Positions 35,930 through 48,915 of a stretch of 64,000 bases of DNA are shown one piece after another. The position numbers and the translations under genes are program-made. Numbering within the stretch: the stretch's first letter is position 1; each line of letters starts with the position of its first letter. Source of the stretch: Bispira polyomma (Eukaryota); the NCBI GenBank assembly GCA_965649765.1, contig OZ287757.1, positions 52,018,001-52,082,000 of the forward strand, written 5' to 3'. The notes beneath the pieces were generated by a model. It was not told the DNA's origin and did no database searches. It worked only from the letters and a program-made list of their open reading frames with translations.

Positions 35930-36140
35930 CAAAGTCAGACTTAACTCAAATGAAGGTTATGTGTAAAACTTCCTGTACATGTGGTAGTAACCTATACTTG
36001 TAACCATTCATTTTAATAGAGCTTTCAGCGCTGAACTCAAAATATGGAGTCAAATTTTACTTAACTCCACTGTAGCCAGAGATGTGGAGACTTCAGATTT
36101 GAGTCTGAGTTGAATTTGAGATCTTTTGAGAATACAGTCC
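35930..36140. mobile_element. Dispersed MITE-like repeat (family M5)
   Basis: tacttgt.accatt...agagctttca.c.ctgaa...agccagagat.tggagacttcagatttgagt shared with ~31270-31430, ~44040-44370 and ~51890-51955 (inverted). Confidence 0.55.
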
Positions 36141-37394
36141 AACAAACTCTTGTATCGAATTGCGATTTCTTACAGATTACAATTAATTTTTTTCTTTTTC
36201 ATTTTTTCCCTCAAAAGGACAACCATAGGTTACATTCATTGGAAGTCTCTTAATTTTATTTACAACACTATTTAGGTATTGCTGCTCGATACAACCAACT
36301 AATTTTAGGAAATTAAAAAATAGCACAAATGTAAATTTAGACAAAAAATCATTATAATTGATAAATTTACAGTATATGATTCATATGTCTTTTTATCTTG
36401 ATATATATATATAAGAAATTTATGCATGTAAATCAAATTAAATCTAATGAATATCTAATTTATTTCAATCCGTCAATTTCTTGCCTCAATTCAACCTTTT
36501 ATGTATATATATATATATGTATATAATCCCCTGTTTTTCTTTACCAATATATATATATAGATATACATTTCACATCAGTTCAAAAAAAAAAAAAAAGGGA
36601 CTAAAATGCCACATATATATGATTATTATGATTTCTATTCTAAAACCTCTCCATACCTTTTGACTTTTTCATTTCTAAAGCAATAATATTAATAAAGAAA
36701 CACACATACATATACTCTCACTAATCTAAATCCTTTACTTCCTAATACCCAATAGATTCTCCATTCCCTTTCTAAGCCATCACAGAACAAAATCCCCTCT
36801 TTAGCACCCGTCGTCCTATTGGCAATTATTATGTTAACTAAAAGCTGGTTCTTCAATAGGGGCCTTTATCATTGTTTTCGTCGGCAACATTCCTTCTGCA
36901 ATAGCCCGAGGGTGTGCTGGCGGGGGGAGTAGGGGGGGGGGGGGTGCAAATGTCTTTGTAGTACACAAAGTCTTTTAGATCTGATTATAAAGCTATATTT
37001 AAGATATTTTATAAGAAAACAAAAGTTCTTCACAATACACTACTCCTATAATAAAAAAAAAATCTCTCCCCAGTTTTGATCAATGTAATAATATAATAAA
37101 CTGGCTCATAATATAAATGGATCTCGTCTCAATTGGAAAGCCCAATATTGACACACGCGGGGATACTTTTAAAGGTAGCAGCTGCTCAGACTTCTTCACC
37201 CCTCCCCCCTCCCCCTACCCCACTTCCTTCGTGTTATTTTAAAATTTCTTGTTTGTTCTCCTAATTCTTGACATTTTTCTAATAGATATTCTAACAATTC
37301 CCTGTCAATGGACACATCCGTTGATTATATATAATAAAGGAACAGAAGAGAAAAAGGAACACAACACAATATACATCCAGGGTACTGGGCCTCT

Positions 37395-37710
37395 ATAAAT
37401 GACGTCACTTTTTTATCAGGCACAACCTGCCTGAAGTTGTTTTCACTCTGACATTCAAAAGGGCGACGTCATCTTAGAAATAATATTGCAAGGGCATTCA
37501 TGGATTGGTTGGAAGAAATTGATCCGTCAAAACTGAGAGGGTGTCAGATTTCTATTATCAGGCTATTTATCAGACACAGCTGTCATTTTGGAAGTAATAT
37601 GTAACGCCTTCATGGATTGGATGGAAGACATCGATCTGGTTAAATTGAGAGGTTGTTGGTCATACTGTGCGTCAATGTCTTTTTTTAAAAGGCAACTCTT
37701 GTCATTTTTT
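37395..37710 (+). repeat. Unclassified ~310-bp repeat with internal ~115-bp duplication
   Basis: catggattgg..ggaaga..tcga..gtcaaaactgagagg twice; homologues at 38270-38600 (+) and 40340-40640 (-). Confidence 0.6.
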
Positions 37711-38609
37711 AAAAACCCTGTAGCCCTATGATAAGCTTTCTCGTTAGTTATAATGATATTTAAAAATAGTTATTTAATTAACATTCAAGTTTTTTTATCC
37801 ACTTAGCTACTATTTAATTGAAACCATTTAAACACTGGCTGAATAAAAACACCATGAACCCCAGGAATAGATAAATGGATTGTATGAGAATGCTCTTATA
37901 AATATTCCATTTGGCCTACACATAATTGTTTTAGTTCCAACCTTTTAAGTTTCAAGTTTTAAGTGTTGCTGTTAAACTGATCATGCATTGTATCAATTGC
38001 AATTTTTACTTTTGTTTCCTACCACAATAATTTTTAAATATTCGAGGAAAAAACATAAGGTATCATTTACACGAATCACCGCCCCAAATATATAATATAG
38101 GCTAATAACCACCACTGACTGGTCTCTTTTAACCTCATCCTGTTAAGTGGAAATTCTGCTTAAGCAGTTCTATTTCCTCCTTGGCCCCCTTGAGATACTT
38201 TGAACTCAGATGGGTTTAATTGTACACAGATCTGCCATTTTATCAACAGACTTCCAATAAGACATTAATACAACATCTTTTTATCAGGTACCACTTAATG
38301 TTGTTTTTACTCTGACAAGGTCAGCTCCCTTTTCAATGGTGGTGCCATTGTCGCCCATCTTAAAAATAATAAATCCATGGATTGGTTTAAAAGCAATAGA
38401 CTCGTCCAAATCTGAGAGGTTACCAGATTTATATTATCAGGCGCTTATGTGGTACGTACAGCCGATATGCTTGAAAAAAATATGTAAGGCCTTAATGGAT
38501 TGGTTGCAAGCAATCGACCAAGCCAAACTGAGGGTGCAAGAGTGTCAGTGTCTTACTGAAAAGACAACTCTTGTCAAGTCTAGTTAGCGTCTAACGTCAC
38601 ATTCTAATA

Positions 38610-38750
38610 TAATCTAATCTAACTTTTATAGCGCATATCTCTGTGCTAGCAGGTTCGTGAGACAAAAAAAATAAACAAATCATTTTGGTGATTTCATATA
38701 GCCATGGATGTACATGGGTTGTGACTATAGAGAGGCCAGAAAAAGGTAGA
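38610..38750 (-). mobile_element. 3' end of a second L2-like LINE family (Lb) with (TAGAT)n tail
   Basis: atctaatctaacttttatag.gc.tatctctgtgctagcag shared with 58841-58970; related + strand copy at ~62330-62560. Confidence 0.55.
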
Positions 38751-41091
38751 GAGGCTAAGGTGGAAAAGCCTGGCTGAATAGGAAGCTTTTGATTTTTTTT
38801 CCTAAATTAGGCAAGTAAGTTCAACTCTTCTTGTGTTATATAATTATGGGCAGTATCACTGGTAGAGAAAATCAGAGCAGGGTAGTTGGGTCAAAAGTAT
38901 TTACTGCTCTGCAAATCACCATAAAGGCTTCAGCAAGTCTGCTGTCACACACATGTCAGTGGGGAGATTTAAACTCACGACTGCAGAGATGGTAAAACGA
39001 TGGTGTTACCATTTACACCGCCAAAGGCGTTATATTTAGGCATATGGAGAATATAATACTTCATTGTGGGTTAAACCTATAACCATTAACATATATATTT
39101 TAGCACCTATCAATGAATAATGACACTCGTGTTTTCTTAATTAACTGATATAATCACTGATTTTATTTGTACACAAAATACTCATATGGATTCCTATGTC
39201 CTTTCTAATAATGCACGCCTGTGTTTTCGATGCACACCGTATGTAAAGTCACTGACGTTGCAGCACAATATATATCTCCATATATATATATATATGATTT
39301 GATAGCATATTATACATATATATCCCTCACATTTATAATTCCATGTGTCAATCTTTTTACAGGGCTTAAAGCTGATTTTTCTACTCAAAATGATAATGTC
39401 AATATTGATGTCATCTAATTGGTGACTTTTGTCATCACCGCCCCCCCCCCCCGCCAATTTCCCCACCCCCTCCACCATCCATCTCAAACAGGAACAAGGC
39501 TGTCACAATAATATTGGTGGTTAGGAATGACTCGGTAAACGGAATCTAATTACCTTGAATAAATAAGGTAAATGTATGGGCGATAATGGTGGAGTATCGT
39601 TGAAGCTTTTACTGGTTTGAATTGTATCTACTGTGTCTAGTCTATTGTTTGAGATGGTTTCAGGGCTGGTGTAAATGTAATTTACAATGATATGATGCCT
39701 GTTTTATCATAGACAAAATGTTAAGTTTGAAGATATTTTTTTTAGTATTACTAATTTGTTGTTTACTTTTGAAGCTGAATACAATACAGAGCCTCTATGA
39801 TCGAGGACATCCATTCAAATATTTTTCCTTTTCTTATTTCTTAAGTATATGTCCCGATCATAAGATAATGTGGTGAACACAACTAAATAAGTCATAAGTA
39901 TTAGAAATGGTTTTATGATCAAGAGTAAAAAGGATTTAATGATCACAAACTTAATATGTAACAAATTGGGGACAAATATTTGTATATGTCCTTACAGGGG
40001 TTCCATAGAAATATCAAGTTTCTTCAACCAGTGTGTTCTGAATAGCATTAGTGTACCAAAATACACTATAGCTGACACAATGATATACTTGATTCTTTTA
40101 AAAAATGTCCAGAAAATAACCCAAAATAGCATTGATGTTATGCCGAGATCCTGTAGCCTTTAGGTGAAATCATACTATGACAGTATATTCTTCATTTATT
40201 TTTTTCTTTCCAAAAATCAGCTTATGATTTTGTGTCAATTCTAAGGAATTCGTACCAGTTCTTGACTATTAATGGCCCCCTATATTAACTATTCTTTCAT
40301 CCATGCTCTGCAATAGTCTTCACATTGATATATCAATGCTCTCAGGTTGGAGACAAACAAGAGCTGTCTTTTTAAAAAGACACAGGTACACAGTGAGAGA
40401 AAAAATGAATCTGACACCTCTCAGTTTGGCTTGCTTTCAACAAATCCAAGAAGGACTTACATATTATTTCAAATATGGCAACAATATCAGGCTGACACCG
40501 ATCAGTTTGACTAGGGGGGTTATTTCCAACCAATCCATGAAGAATGGTTGGCATATTTCAAAGATGTCAGTGCTCTTTACGGAATGAAATCAATATCAGG
40601 GTGCACCTGATAAAAAACCAAACCAACGTCCCATACATAACATTGACGATTCTCTGGTGTATGCTTGCCTGGCTATGACTTAGGAGCATGCACGTTTGTC
40701 TTATTTTCAATGCAGACAATAAAAGTGTCTTGTATATTAAAGGATTCAAATTGGACTTCCGTCACATTGCTGATGATTCAGGGCCAAAGACATGTTATAT
40801 AAAGGGAAAAAGCCCAATACCGTAAAAGATGGCTATATGATTAGATGAAGGTGTCGAGGAATAAAAATGACTTTTCTATAGATACAGATGACGTGGCATT
40901 TAGGACAAATCAAACGTAAAATATTGAAATTGCCCAGGCCCCAATCAGTGACCTTACCAGTCAAAGTCTGGCTGCAGAGAGTTATGGTAAGAAGTAAAGT
41001 GAAGGACGCAGGATGTGATAAGACCCAATTTAAACCTTTTGACCCCTATATTGTTGGCAAGCAGTCAACAGCATTTGTTACTCTTAGAACT

Positions 41092-41332
41092 GGGGCCACG
41101 GTGGCCCCGGAAGCATTGCGCTTCACAATCACTGGTCTCTCACCTCTGGGCGGTGTGAGTTCGACTCCCGTCGATGCCTATGTGGGAAAGGTGGTAGTTC
41201 CTTACTGTGGGCCGCTAGTTTCAGTGCAGAACCTTGATCAACTGTATGCAGTGTTTCTTTAGCGTTTCTAACTACCCGTCCCAATATAACATAAACTGGT
41301 ACTAGAGTGGATGTTATATATCCCAATTCGAA
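41092..41332 (+). mobile_element. SINE family A copy
   Basis: GTTCGACTCC B-box; TSD tactcttagaa at 41079-41089 / 41333-41343. Confidence 0.85.
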
Positions 41333-41872
41333 TACTCTTAGAATCAATGTCTGTCGGCAAGCGGTCAACAGCCCAAATAAATATTGTTCTATTTGCCGTC
41401 AGTTCCTCGCAATAAGAAATTGTTAAGACAGCAGACTCCCTTTGTTGAAAATTACCGGAAATATTTCTTTCAGTTCCAGGCGGTTTAATAACAATCCTTC
41501 TGTGGTTTTGGAATTAAGTCTCTGTCATTATGTAGTGGTTTAAGAACAGAAATCTTATATCTATTTAAACTATAAAAGGAATACAATAAAAATTAAGATT
41601 TGGACGTAACAATTGACAAATACATCCTTTGTTCAGATAGAATCTTTCCACACCCTCATTGATATAAAGGTGAAACTGACGACACAGCTATAATGCATAG
41701 TCAATGTTGTGACATAAATGCCATGATCATTACTCATTTGCAATTGAAACCTTTTTATTGGCATCAATTAACAGCTGTGTCAATAGTGAAGGATAACTAA
41801 AATAACAAATACAAAAAATAAAAAAAGATGACTCTAAATTTTACTTTTATTGAAGTTATTGTTCAACTATGT

Positions 41873-41874
<2 letters not shown>

Positions 41875-41947
<73 letters not shown>
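41875..41947. repeat. (TA)n microsatellite
   Basis: ~36 perfect TA units; shorter ones at ~10735-10763, 20451-20484 and 46897-46918. Confidence 0.95.
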
Positions 41948-41948
<1 letters not shown>

Positions 41949-42434
41949 CAAAAACCTCCCTATTTAGTTCAGCCGATAAAGTATATGCAAAACAGATTAA
42001 TATTTCCATTTTATTATCTGGTATATAATGCAGCGGCCTTGATAAATCGATACATTTATATATATTTTCTAACCATTGTGAAAGCCGTTTCCATTTTGTG
42101 AAAGCGTTTTTGATTAAATATTTTGTTTTAAACATTTGTTAAGTTGTTTTTAATTTATTATTTAGTTTTCATATTTTTGAGACCTTATTGGCACTTCAGG
42201 GCCAACTAAACATACGAATTTTAATAGAAAATTCTTTCAATATAGTATCTGTTGAATTAACTTAGTATTTTCCTATTATCTCCATGTTTATAAAGCAAAT
42301 TTTTTAATTTGGTTATGCAAAGTGGGCTAAGTTTTCCAATGACCAAAAAGGTGGCACTGATTTCACTACTTCAGTCTGTTGTCGAAACCTTTGACAAACC
42401 ATTAAGCCCTTGTCACACTGTAGCATTACTCATG

Positions 42435-42918
42435 GGTTTTATGGCGCTTTCAACAGCCTAGATCAAATAGCGACGATCAGGTTTAAGTGTGAAATAAACC
42501 AGTATTTAAGCCACACAAAAACATATGGCAAATACCAGACAAACTTTCTCACATGAAGGAATGAACAGGATTCAAACCCACATTTGGTGAGAGGCCAATG
42601 GTTGGGGCCGCGGTGGCCTAGTGGTTAGCAAGCATTGCGCTTCACAATCACTGGTCTCTCACCTCTGGGCGGCGTGAGTTCGACTCTCGTTGATGCCTAT
42701 GTGGGAAAGGTGGTAGTTCCTTACTGTGGGTTGCTGGTTTCAGTGCAGAACCTTGATCAACTGTATGCAGTGTTTCCTCCAGCCTTTCCAACTACCCGTC
42801 CCAATATAACCTAAAGAGGTAGTAGAGTGGACGTTAAATATCCCAATTCAAAAAAAAAAATAAATAAATAAAAAGAGGCCAATGGTTCTTAGAAAGCACC
42901 TCTAACCACTAGGTCACC
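42435..42918 (-). mobile_element. SINE family B copy split by a family A insertion
   Basis: The B sequence continues across duplicated agaggccaatggtt. Confidence 0.75.
42604..42873 (+). mobile_element. Full-length SINE family A with A-rich tail
   Basis: A-box TGGCCTAGTGG, B-box GTTCGACTC, tail A11(TAAA)n, perfect 14-bp TSD at 42590-42603 / 42874-42887. Confidence 0.92.
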
Positions 42919-44374
42919 TCAAAGAAGATAAAGCAGTGATGAAGCTTGGAAATAATATGCAAGAAGTTCAGAGTCAATCACCTAAAAAGTAATAACAGAA
43001 AAATACCCTATTATCTGCGTGATGCAAGAAGAAATGGGACCAAGGATGCAAAAGAAAATTCTCCATTCCCATTGTCTGGGACGTTGGAGATGCCCCCTAC
43101 GGCACGTGTTCTGCTAAGCAGCACAAGGTTGAGAGCCAGGGATCTGGAATTTTCATCTGGAAATTGGCGTGGGGGACGAAGTAGCACACAATGAACTGGT
43201 GGTCTCTCACCAATGTGGTTTTGAATTCATTTTGTTCCTTTATGTGGGATTTTTTTCAGGGGCTTTGCTGTTGGCCAGGAGCTTAGCACTTTCTTCCACC
43301 ATTATCTCTGGCCATCGCAAATATGACCTGAGCTGTTGAAAGTGACGTAAAATCCAACTCATGGCAACATACTAAATATGTAAGGAAGATAATATGCACT
43401 GAGAGAAACATTTAAGGATGATATAAGCCTGTCTGAAAAAGGTGTATGGCTGTAGGTTTGTTCTGCTGAAAGTACCAATAGACTTGTTGTCCAGTTGTAT
43501 TTATATATCTGTATGTCAGGAGCTTTTAGCAATTAATGACATGGTAGTGTGTGTGAGAGGCTTTAATAAAGACCAGGTGATTTCAGTCACTTCTTAGTAA
43601 CAGTGTCAACCTCCCTCACCACCCCCCTCCCTATCCCCCAAAGAAACTGAAAACTGAAAACAAGGAGCCATTTCATCGGCAGCACATTAACTCTGGTTAC
43701 CATTGTAATCAATAATGAAGTGAAGGAAAGGGGGGACCTTTTCAAACTTTGTTTCAATATTTTTACATGGTGTAATATAAACTGGAAATAGAGAAGAGAG
43801 GGGGCCATTTTGTAACCGTCAATTAGATTCACACGGGAATACATAGGGGGGGGGGGGGGGGGCTAGTTTTCTATCTGGTTAACAAGGAACTTAATTGAAA
43901 TAGATATCTCAAATGAAATGACAGAGAAAAAATGTCAATAATGACATAAGTAATCAACACGGTGGTTGGCAACTGTGGGTGGCAAGGCATTGATAGATTT
44001 TTGTTTAGCAGGGTATATCTCCCCCTATGCCCAACCTAACTGAATCAAATCTATGTGCGATGAGTGGATCAAACCGGTACTTGTGACCATTTATTTTAAT
44101 GGAACTTTTGGTGCTGAATTTAAATATGCTGTTAGATTTTGCTTTTAGCTTGAGTCGGAGTTTTAGATCTTTCGAGAATACAACCACAAAATATCCCCAT
44201 ATTCCCGAGCTCAAAACTCAGATTCAGCACAATAGCATCAAGGTCTGAGTGTGGAAATATCGTATACTTGTGACCATTCGTTTGAGCAAGAGCTTTCATG
44301 GATGAATTTAAATATTAGATTTTGTTTTCCTCAACTCCACTCTAGACAAAGATATGATATGAAAGATTTTTAGC

Positions 44375-44700
44375 ATGTATCTTCTAAAGTGCAATGTCAT
44401 TGACAACGCTGTTGAAATAGTAGTCTGTTTTCAATGCAGATTCGTGATCGGGCGGTGACGTGGAGGAGAAAGTTGACTACGGTGGGAAAGCGAGGGTAAA
44501 AAGATGGGTATTTAAGGTTACTTGTAAAGCCAGAAAGCGATTAATGGGATCTTATATTGAAAAATTATATTGTAAATTATGCCATAGGGTTGGTGCTTCA
44601 ACAGAGAAGGCATATAATGCAATCCGTTTACTAATCCTGGTATCAGAGACTAAAATTTGTTTCCCCTGGTAAGCCTGACTGACATAGGTTTACAGTTTTG
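44375..44700 (-). mobile_element. L2/CR1-type LINE 3' fragment
   Basis: Reverse complement resembles 17400-17742 (tctctgataccag, ttaccagggga, tail). Confidence 0.55.
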
Positions 44701-46104
44701 TATGTAGTAACATTGGTCTTGAAGATATGGAGAATTTGAGTCTGCATTGAACTTAAGATTGTATTTTTTGTTGTTGAGATTAAATATGGTCACAGAAATT
44801 ATAATACAAAAAAGCCTGATATAACTATATGTATAATACGTCTGTCTATTATATATATTTATTGTTATCATAAGTAAATATATAAAGGTAATACATATTC
44901 AGATAACACTTTTAATTTCACATATATATGTAATAAGGATTTAGTTTGTTCAGTTCTCACATATCTTTTAAGGCATAAAGTGTTAAAAACTTTTGCTTTT
45001 TAACAACAGAGGGATAATTGTGTTCTTTTTTAATCATGAAAGAAAAAAAAACTTCAGGCGTGGAAATATAGATAAATATGTATATTATATGATTAATTAT
45101 GAGACAATTTATACACCTATTTTATTTACTATACACGTTAGTTTAATCTAATCTAATCAACTGTGTACACATTTATTTACTGTAGAAAAGAACATTTTTT
45201 AACCAGTACACTTAATTTTAACCATTTAGTTGAGCTCAAATGAGACTGGGATAGTTGAGAAGAAATTAATTTTCCAAATGGAAAGTTTAAACATTATTTA
45301 TTCATAATTTAAAACTAAAACAATTATGTCAATAAATGATGATATAAAATATGCTTCCAAAATTCTTTACAGAAAAAAAAACAAAACAAAAATAGTAAAA
45401 ATTTTCTTCCAGCTGGAAATTTCCCACTTATAATACGACAAAGACGAACTTTGTGAGGTAATCAAAACAAATGTACAGAGAACAGGACATTTGTGCAATT
45501 GTCAGCCATTAACACAGAGGGTGAGATTGTTACAAGACATGAGCTGTTTTTTTTTTATAGCTTCTAAATCAGATTCACACTTGTGAAAAGGCAGGGCAGA
45601 TAGTATACACAATGTCTTACATCAAGAAGGGGAAAGGAATCTGGCCTCTTTTTGGGGGAGGGAGTGATTAAATATAATTTTTGTTGGTAGGAACATCAAA
45701 GAGATAGGTTTATTAAATAGGTGACACTGTGGAGTTATTATCTGTGTGTCTGTGTAGAATGTATATATATATGTGGCTTGATCTGGTTACACTAAAGGTA
45801 CACATACACGTGTCAACGCATCATTACCAACTAACATTAAGGAGCTCCCAGTAGGAGGCATAACTTCCCCTATGTGCCTAAAATTGGAAAATGTCCTTTC
45901 TAACCGGATACTTTTTCAAACCTCAACAGATTGTATATACTCTACCAAGGCACCATTACTGAAAAAAAGGAAATCTGTTTTTCTAAACCGGATCCACTCC
46001 AAGTTTGTATGGATTCTTCCTTAGCCCAAGTCCCCACATCCCTCCACTATCTATAGTCCATGTCGATTGGCTCCGCAGTTTTACTGTTGGAAACATAACC
46101 TTAC

Positions 46105-46702
46105 TTATCAGAAGTGGTGATATTATCTTATTAGAAGTAGTGATTCAATCTTATTAGAGGTGATGATTTAATCCTATCAGAGATGGTGATCTAATCTTAT
46201 TAGAGGTAGTGATCTAATCTTATCGGAGATAGTGCTATAATCTTATCAGAAGAAATACTGATCTAAGCTTATCAGAAGTGGTGATCTAATCTCATCAGAG
46301 GTAGTGATCTAATATTATCAGAGGTAGTTCTCTAATCTTATCAGAGGTGGTGATCTAATCTGATCAGAGGTAGTGATCTAATCGTGTTAGAGGTGGTGAT
46401 CTAATATTGATCATATCAGAGGTGGTGATCTAATCTGATCAGAGTTAATGATATGATGTTATCAGAGGTAGTAATCTAATCTTATCAGAGGTGGTGATCT
46501 AATAATTTCAGAGGTAGTGATCTAATCCTCTCAGAGGTAGTGATTTAATTTTATTAGAGGTGGTGATCTAATCTTATTAGAGTTGGTGATCTAATATTAT
46601 CAGAAATAGTGATCTAATCCTATCAGACATAATGAATTCATCTCATCAAAGGTAGTGATCTAATTTTATCAGAGGTGCTGATATCATCTTATTAGAGGTA
46701 GT
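46105..46702 (+). repeat. 23-bp minisatellite (ATCAGAGGTRGTGATCTAATCTT), ~25 degenerate units
   Basis: Direct tandem repetition. Confidence 0.95.
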
Positions 46703-47242
46703 TGTTACAGTTTGGGAGCATCATATGATCTTTTTTGCGATACACACTCTGATGTATATTTTATCAGTTTTGTGATCTTCCGTGGTCTGGTGGTTAATAA
46801 GTTAGTCGGTCTGGTGATTAGAAGGCCCCTGGGTTCCATTCTTTGAGAAAGATGTGAACACGCCACATGCCACACTAATTATGAGGCTGATGTATACATA
46901 TATATATATATATATATACCACCGCATAACTATGTAAAATAAATGCTTCAGTAATAATTAGTATTGTGTGTTGTTTAGCCATGTAACTCTTGTGTCTGTG
47001 TGAATAAAAATAGTGAATTAAAGTAAGAGTTATTTCTGTATGTTAATGTGCGGGTTTTCAAAGTCTTGCTGGCCCTACCTTATGTAGTCTACATCTGATC
47101 TAACAGCTCACCAGTCTGGGTTCTTTCACTGGTCCAAACAATTGCAATTGTTGCACTCTCAGCTCCCTGGCTAACGGAGCATGCTGGGCATGCTGCCACA
47201 TACAATGCAAGACCAACACACACCCATCATCTGACAAGGATC

Positions 47243-47466
47243 ATGGTGGCCTAATAGTTAGAAGTATCTGCTTAGCAATTGCTGGCCTCTCACCTATGTG
47301 GGTTTAAATCCCATTCGTTCCTTCATGTGGCCGCTGAATGTCAGCTACTTACCGTAGGTCAGTGGTTTACATTTAATACTTCAGCACTGGTTTCTACCAT
47401 TAAATTTGGCTGTCGTGATATGACCTAAGCTGTTGAAGGCGACGTCAAACATAACTAAATTCAAAT
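47243..47466 (+). mobile_element. SINE family B copy
   Basis: GGTGGCCTAATAGTTAG head, family B core and tail; further copies at ~43170-43360 and ~54385-54562. Confidence 0.7.
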
Positions 47467-48489
47467 TGATACATCTTGGTGGAGAGGACAGAAGAGGTAA
47501 CTTTGTATGCAGTATCTTGTCCAAGCGTACAATCTCCGTGCCTACAGTGAGGATCCAAAGACAAATACTTTAACCACTAGGCCACAGAGGCCAAATATTT
47601 CTATGGTAAGTTATTATTTAGTATAAGCACCCTTGCAATTACGATAAGTGACCCTGAATTTAATCAGCATCCAATTAAAAACAGATCTACCAAATTTATG
47701 TTGTCTTGTATCCCTTGCTAGAAATATTACAGCATTTAGAGTATGTAGAATAATTTTTTGAATGCATTCACCTTACTTATTGCATGAAATTGTAGAACCA
47801 GCACCAGTGGTTTGAAAGGTTTCGAGTATTGCAATGATTTACTTGCAATAATATTCTTTACTTTTGTTTCATTGATAACCCTTTTGACCCCAAGATAAAA
47901 TAATCACCGGCACATTTTGTCGGGTAATAGGTTACAGATAGTTGGAGTCACTAAAACACACACCACAGACTACTTCAGACATTCAATAACAGCCTTGCAT
48001 TCTAACTTTTAAATGTGGAATTCTAGTGTGCTGTGGTAACAATTTCCTACTGCGAGGAACCAAATGGAAATAAAACAATATTTTTGTTTTCTTGACTGCC
48101 TGCCGACAGGCATAGCTTCTGGAAGTTACAAATGCTGTTGGCTGCTTGCATGCCAGCCACACAGGGGACCAAAAGGTCAATTCAAAACATATAATTGATG
48201 TTAAAGCTATGTATATGTATAACTATCTATATCTTCCATTGATTGTGGCCTAGTGGTTTAGGAGAATGTCACTGGTGTTTGTTGTCCACAAGTAAGTGAA
48301 AAAAAAGGTTGATCAGCCCTTTGAATATACAATAAAAATACAAAGTATACATTTGAACCAAAATATGATGACATATAATCATAAAAATATTCACCAAATA
48401 AGCAAAATTCAAAAAATCAAAACAACCTTTGCAGAATTGTGTGCCATACTGGTCTCCGCTCATATACGACACCTCTGCTTAAAAAATTG

Positions 48490-48915
48490 CACGGACTGCC
48501 TATTGAGTTCAGTATTAATTTCAAGGTGAATGTCCTCATTTGTAAGACTGTTCATGTACATCAACCTGCCTAATTCTCATCTGTGCTGTCCCTCAGCAAT
48601 CTTATCAGCGGAAATCGTTTCTCCACGTCTAGCCTCTTATCCCCAAAACTGGCTGGTTCAACATCATTTAAAGTTACAGCACCTACTGAATGGAATGGTC
48701 TCCCTACTGGTCTTCACACTGAGATAAGGATTACAGGTTCCGTGAAAAAGCTTAAAACACATCGGTATCAACTCGCTTTTCTGCCTTAACATTCATCTGC
48801 TGGTCATGACTAAACTCTGATCACAAACATTTTCTCCTATCGGACTATTTTTTAGCATACTGATTTGGATGTGTGTCACAGAGGATGCCTGGTCATTGAT
48901 TGTGGTGCTATAGAA
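48490..48915 (+). mobile_element. L2/CR1-type LINE 3' fragment
   Basis: Peptide SFKVTAPTEWNGLP...KKLKTH matches the F...AP..WN.LP...LKTHL end of L2/CR1 ORFs. Confidence 0.65.

Noticed and set aside
42604-42690. tRNA gene (A and B boxes)
   Set aside because: Head of a dispersed SINE with body, tail and TSD; no complete cloverleaf or T-run terminator.
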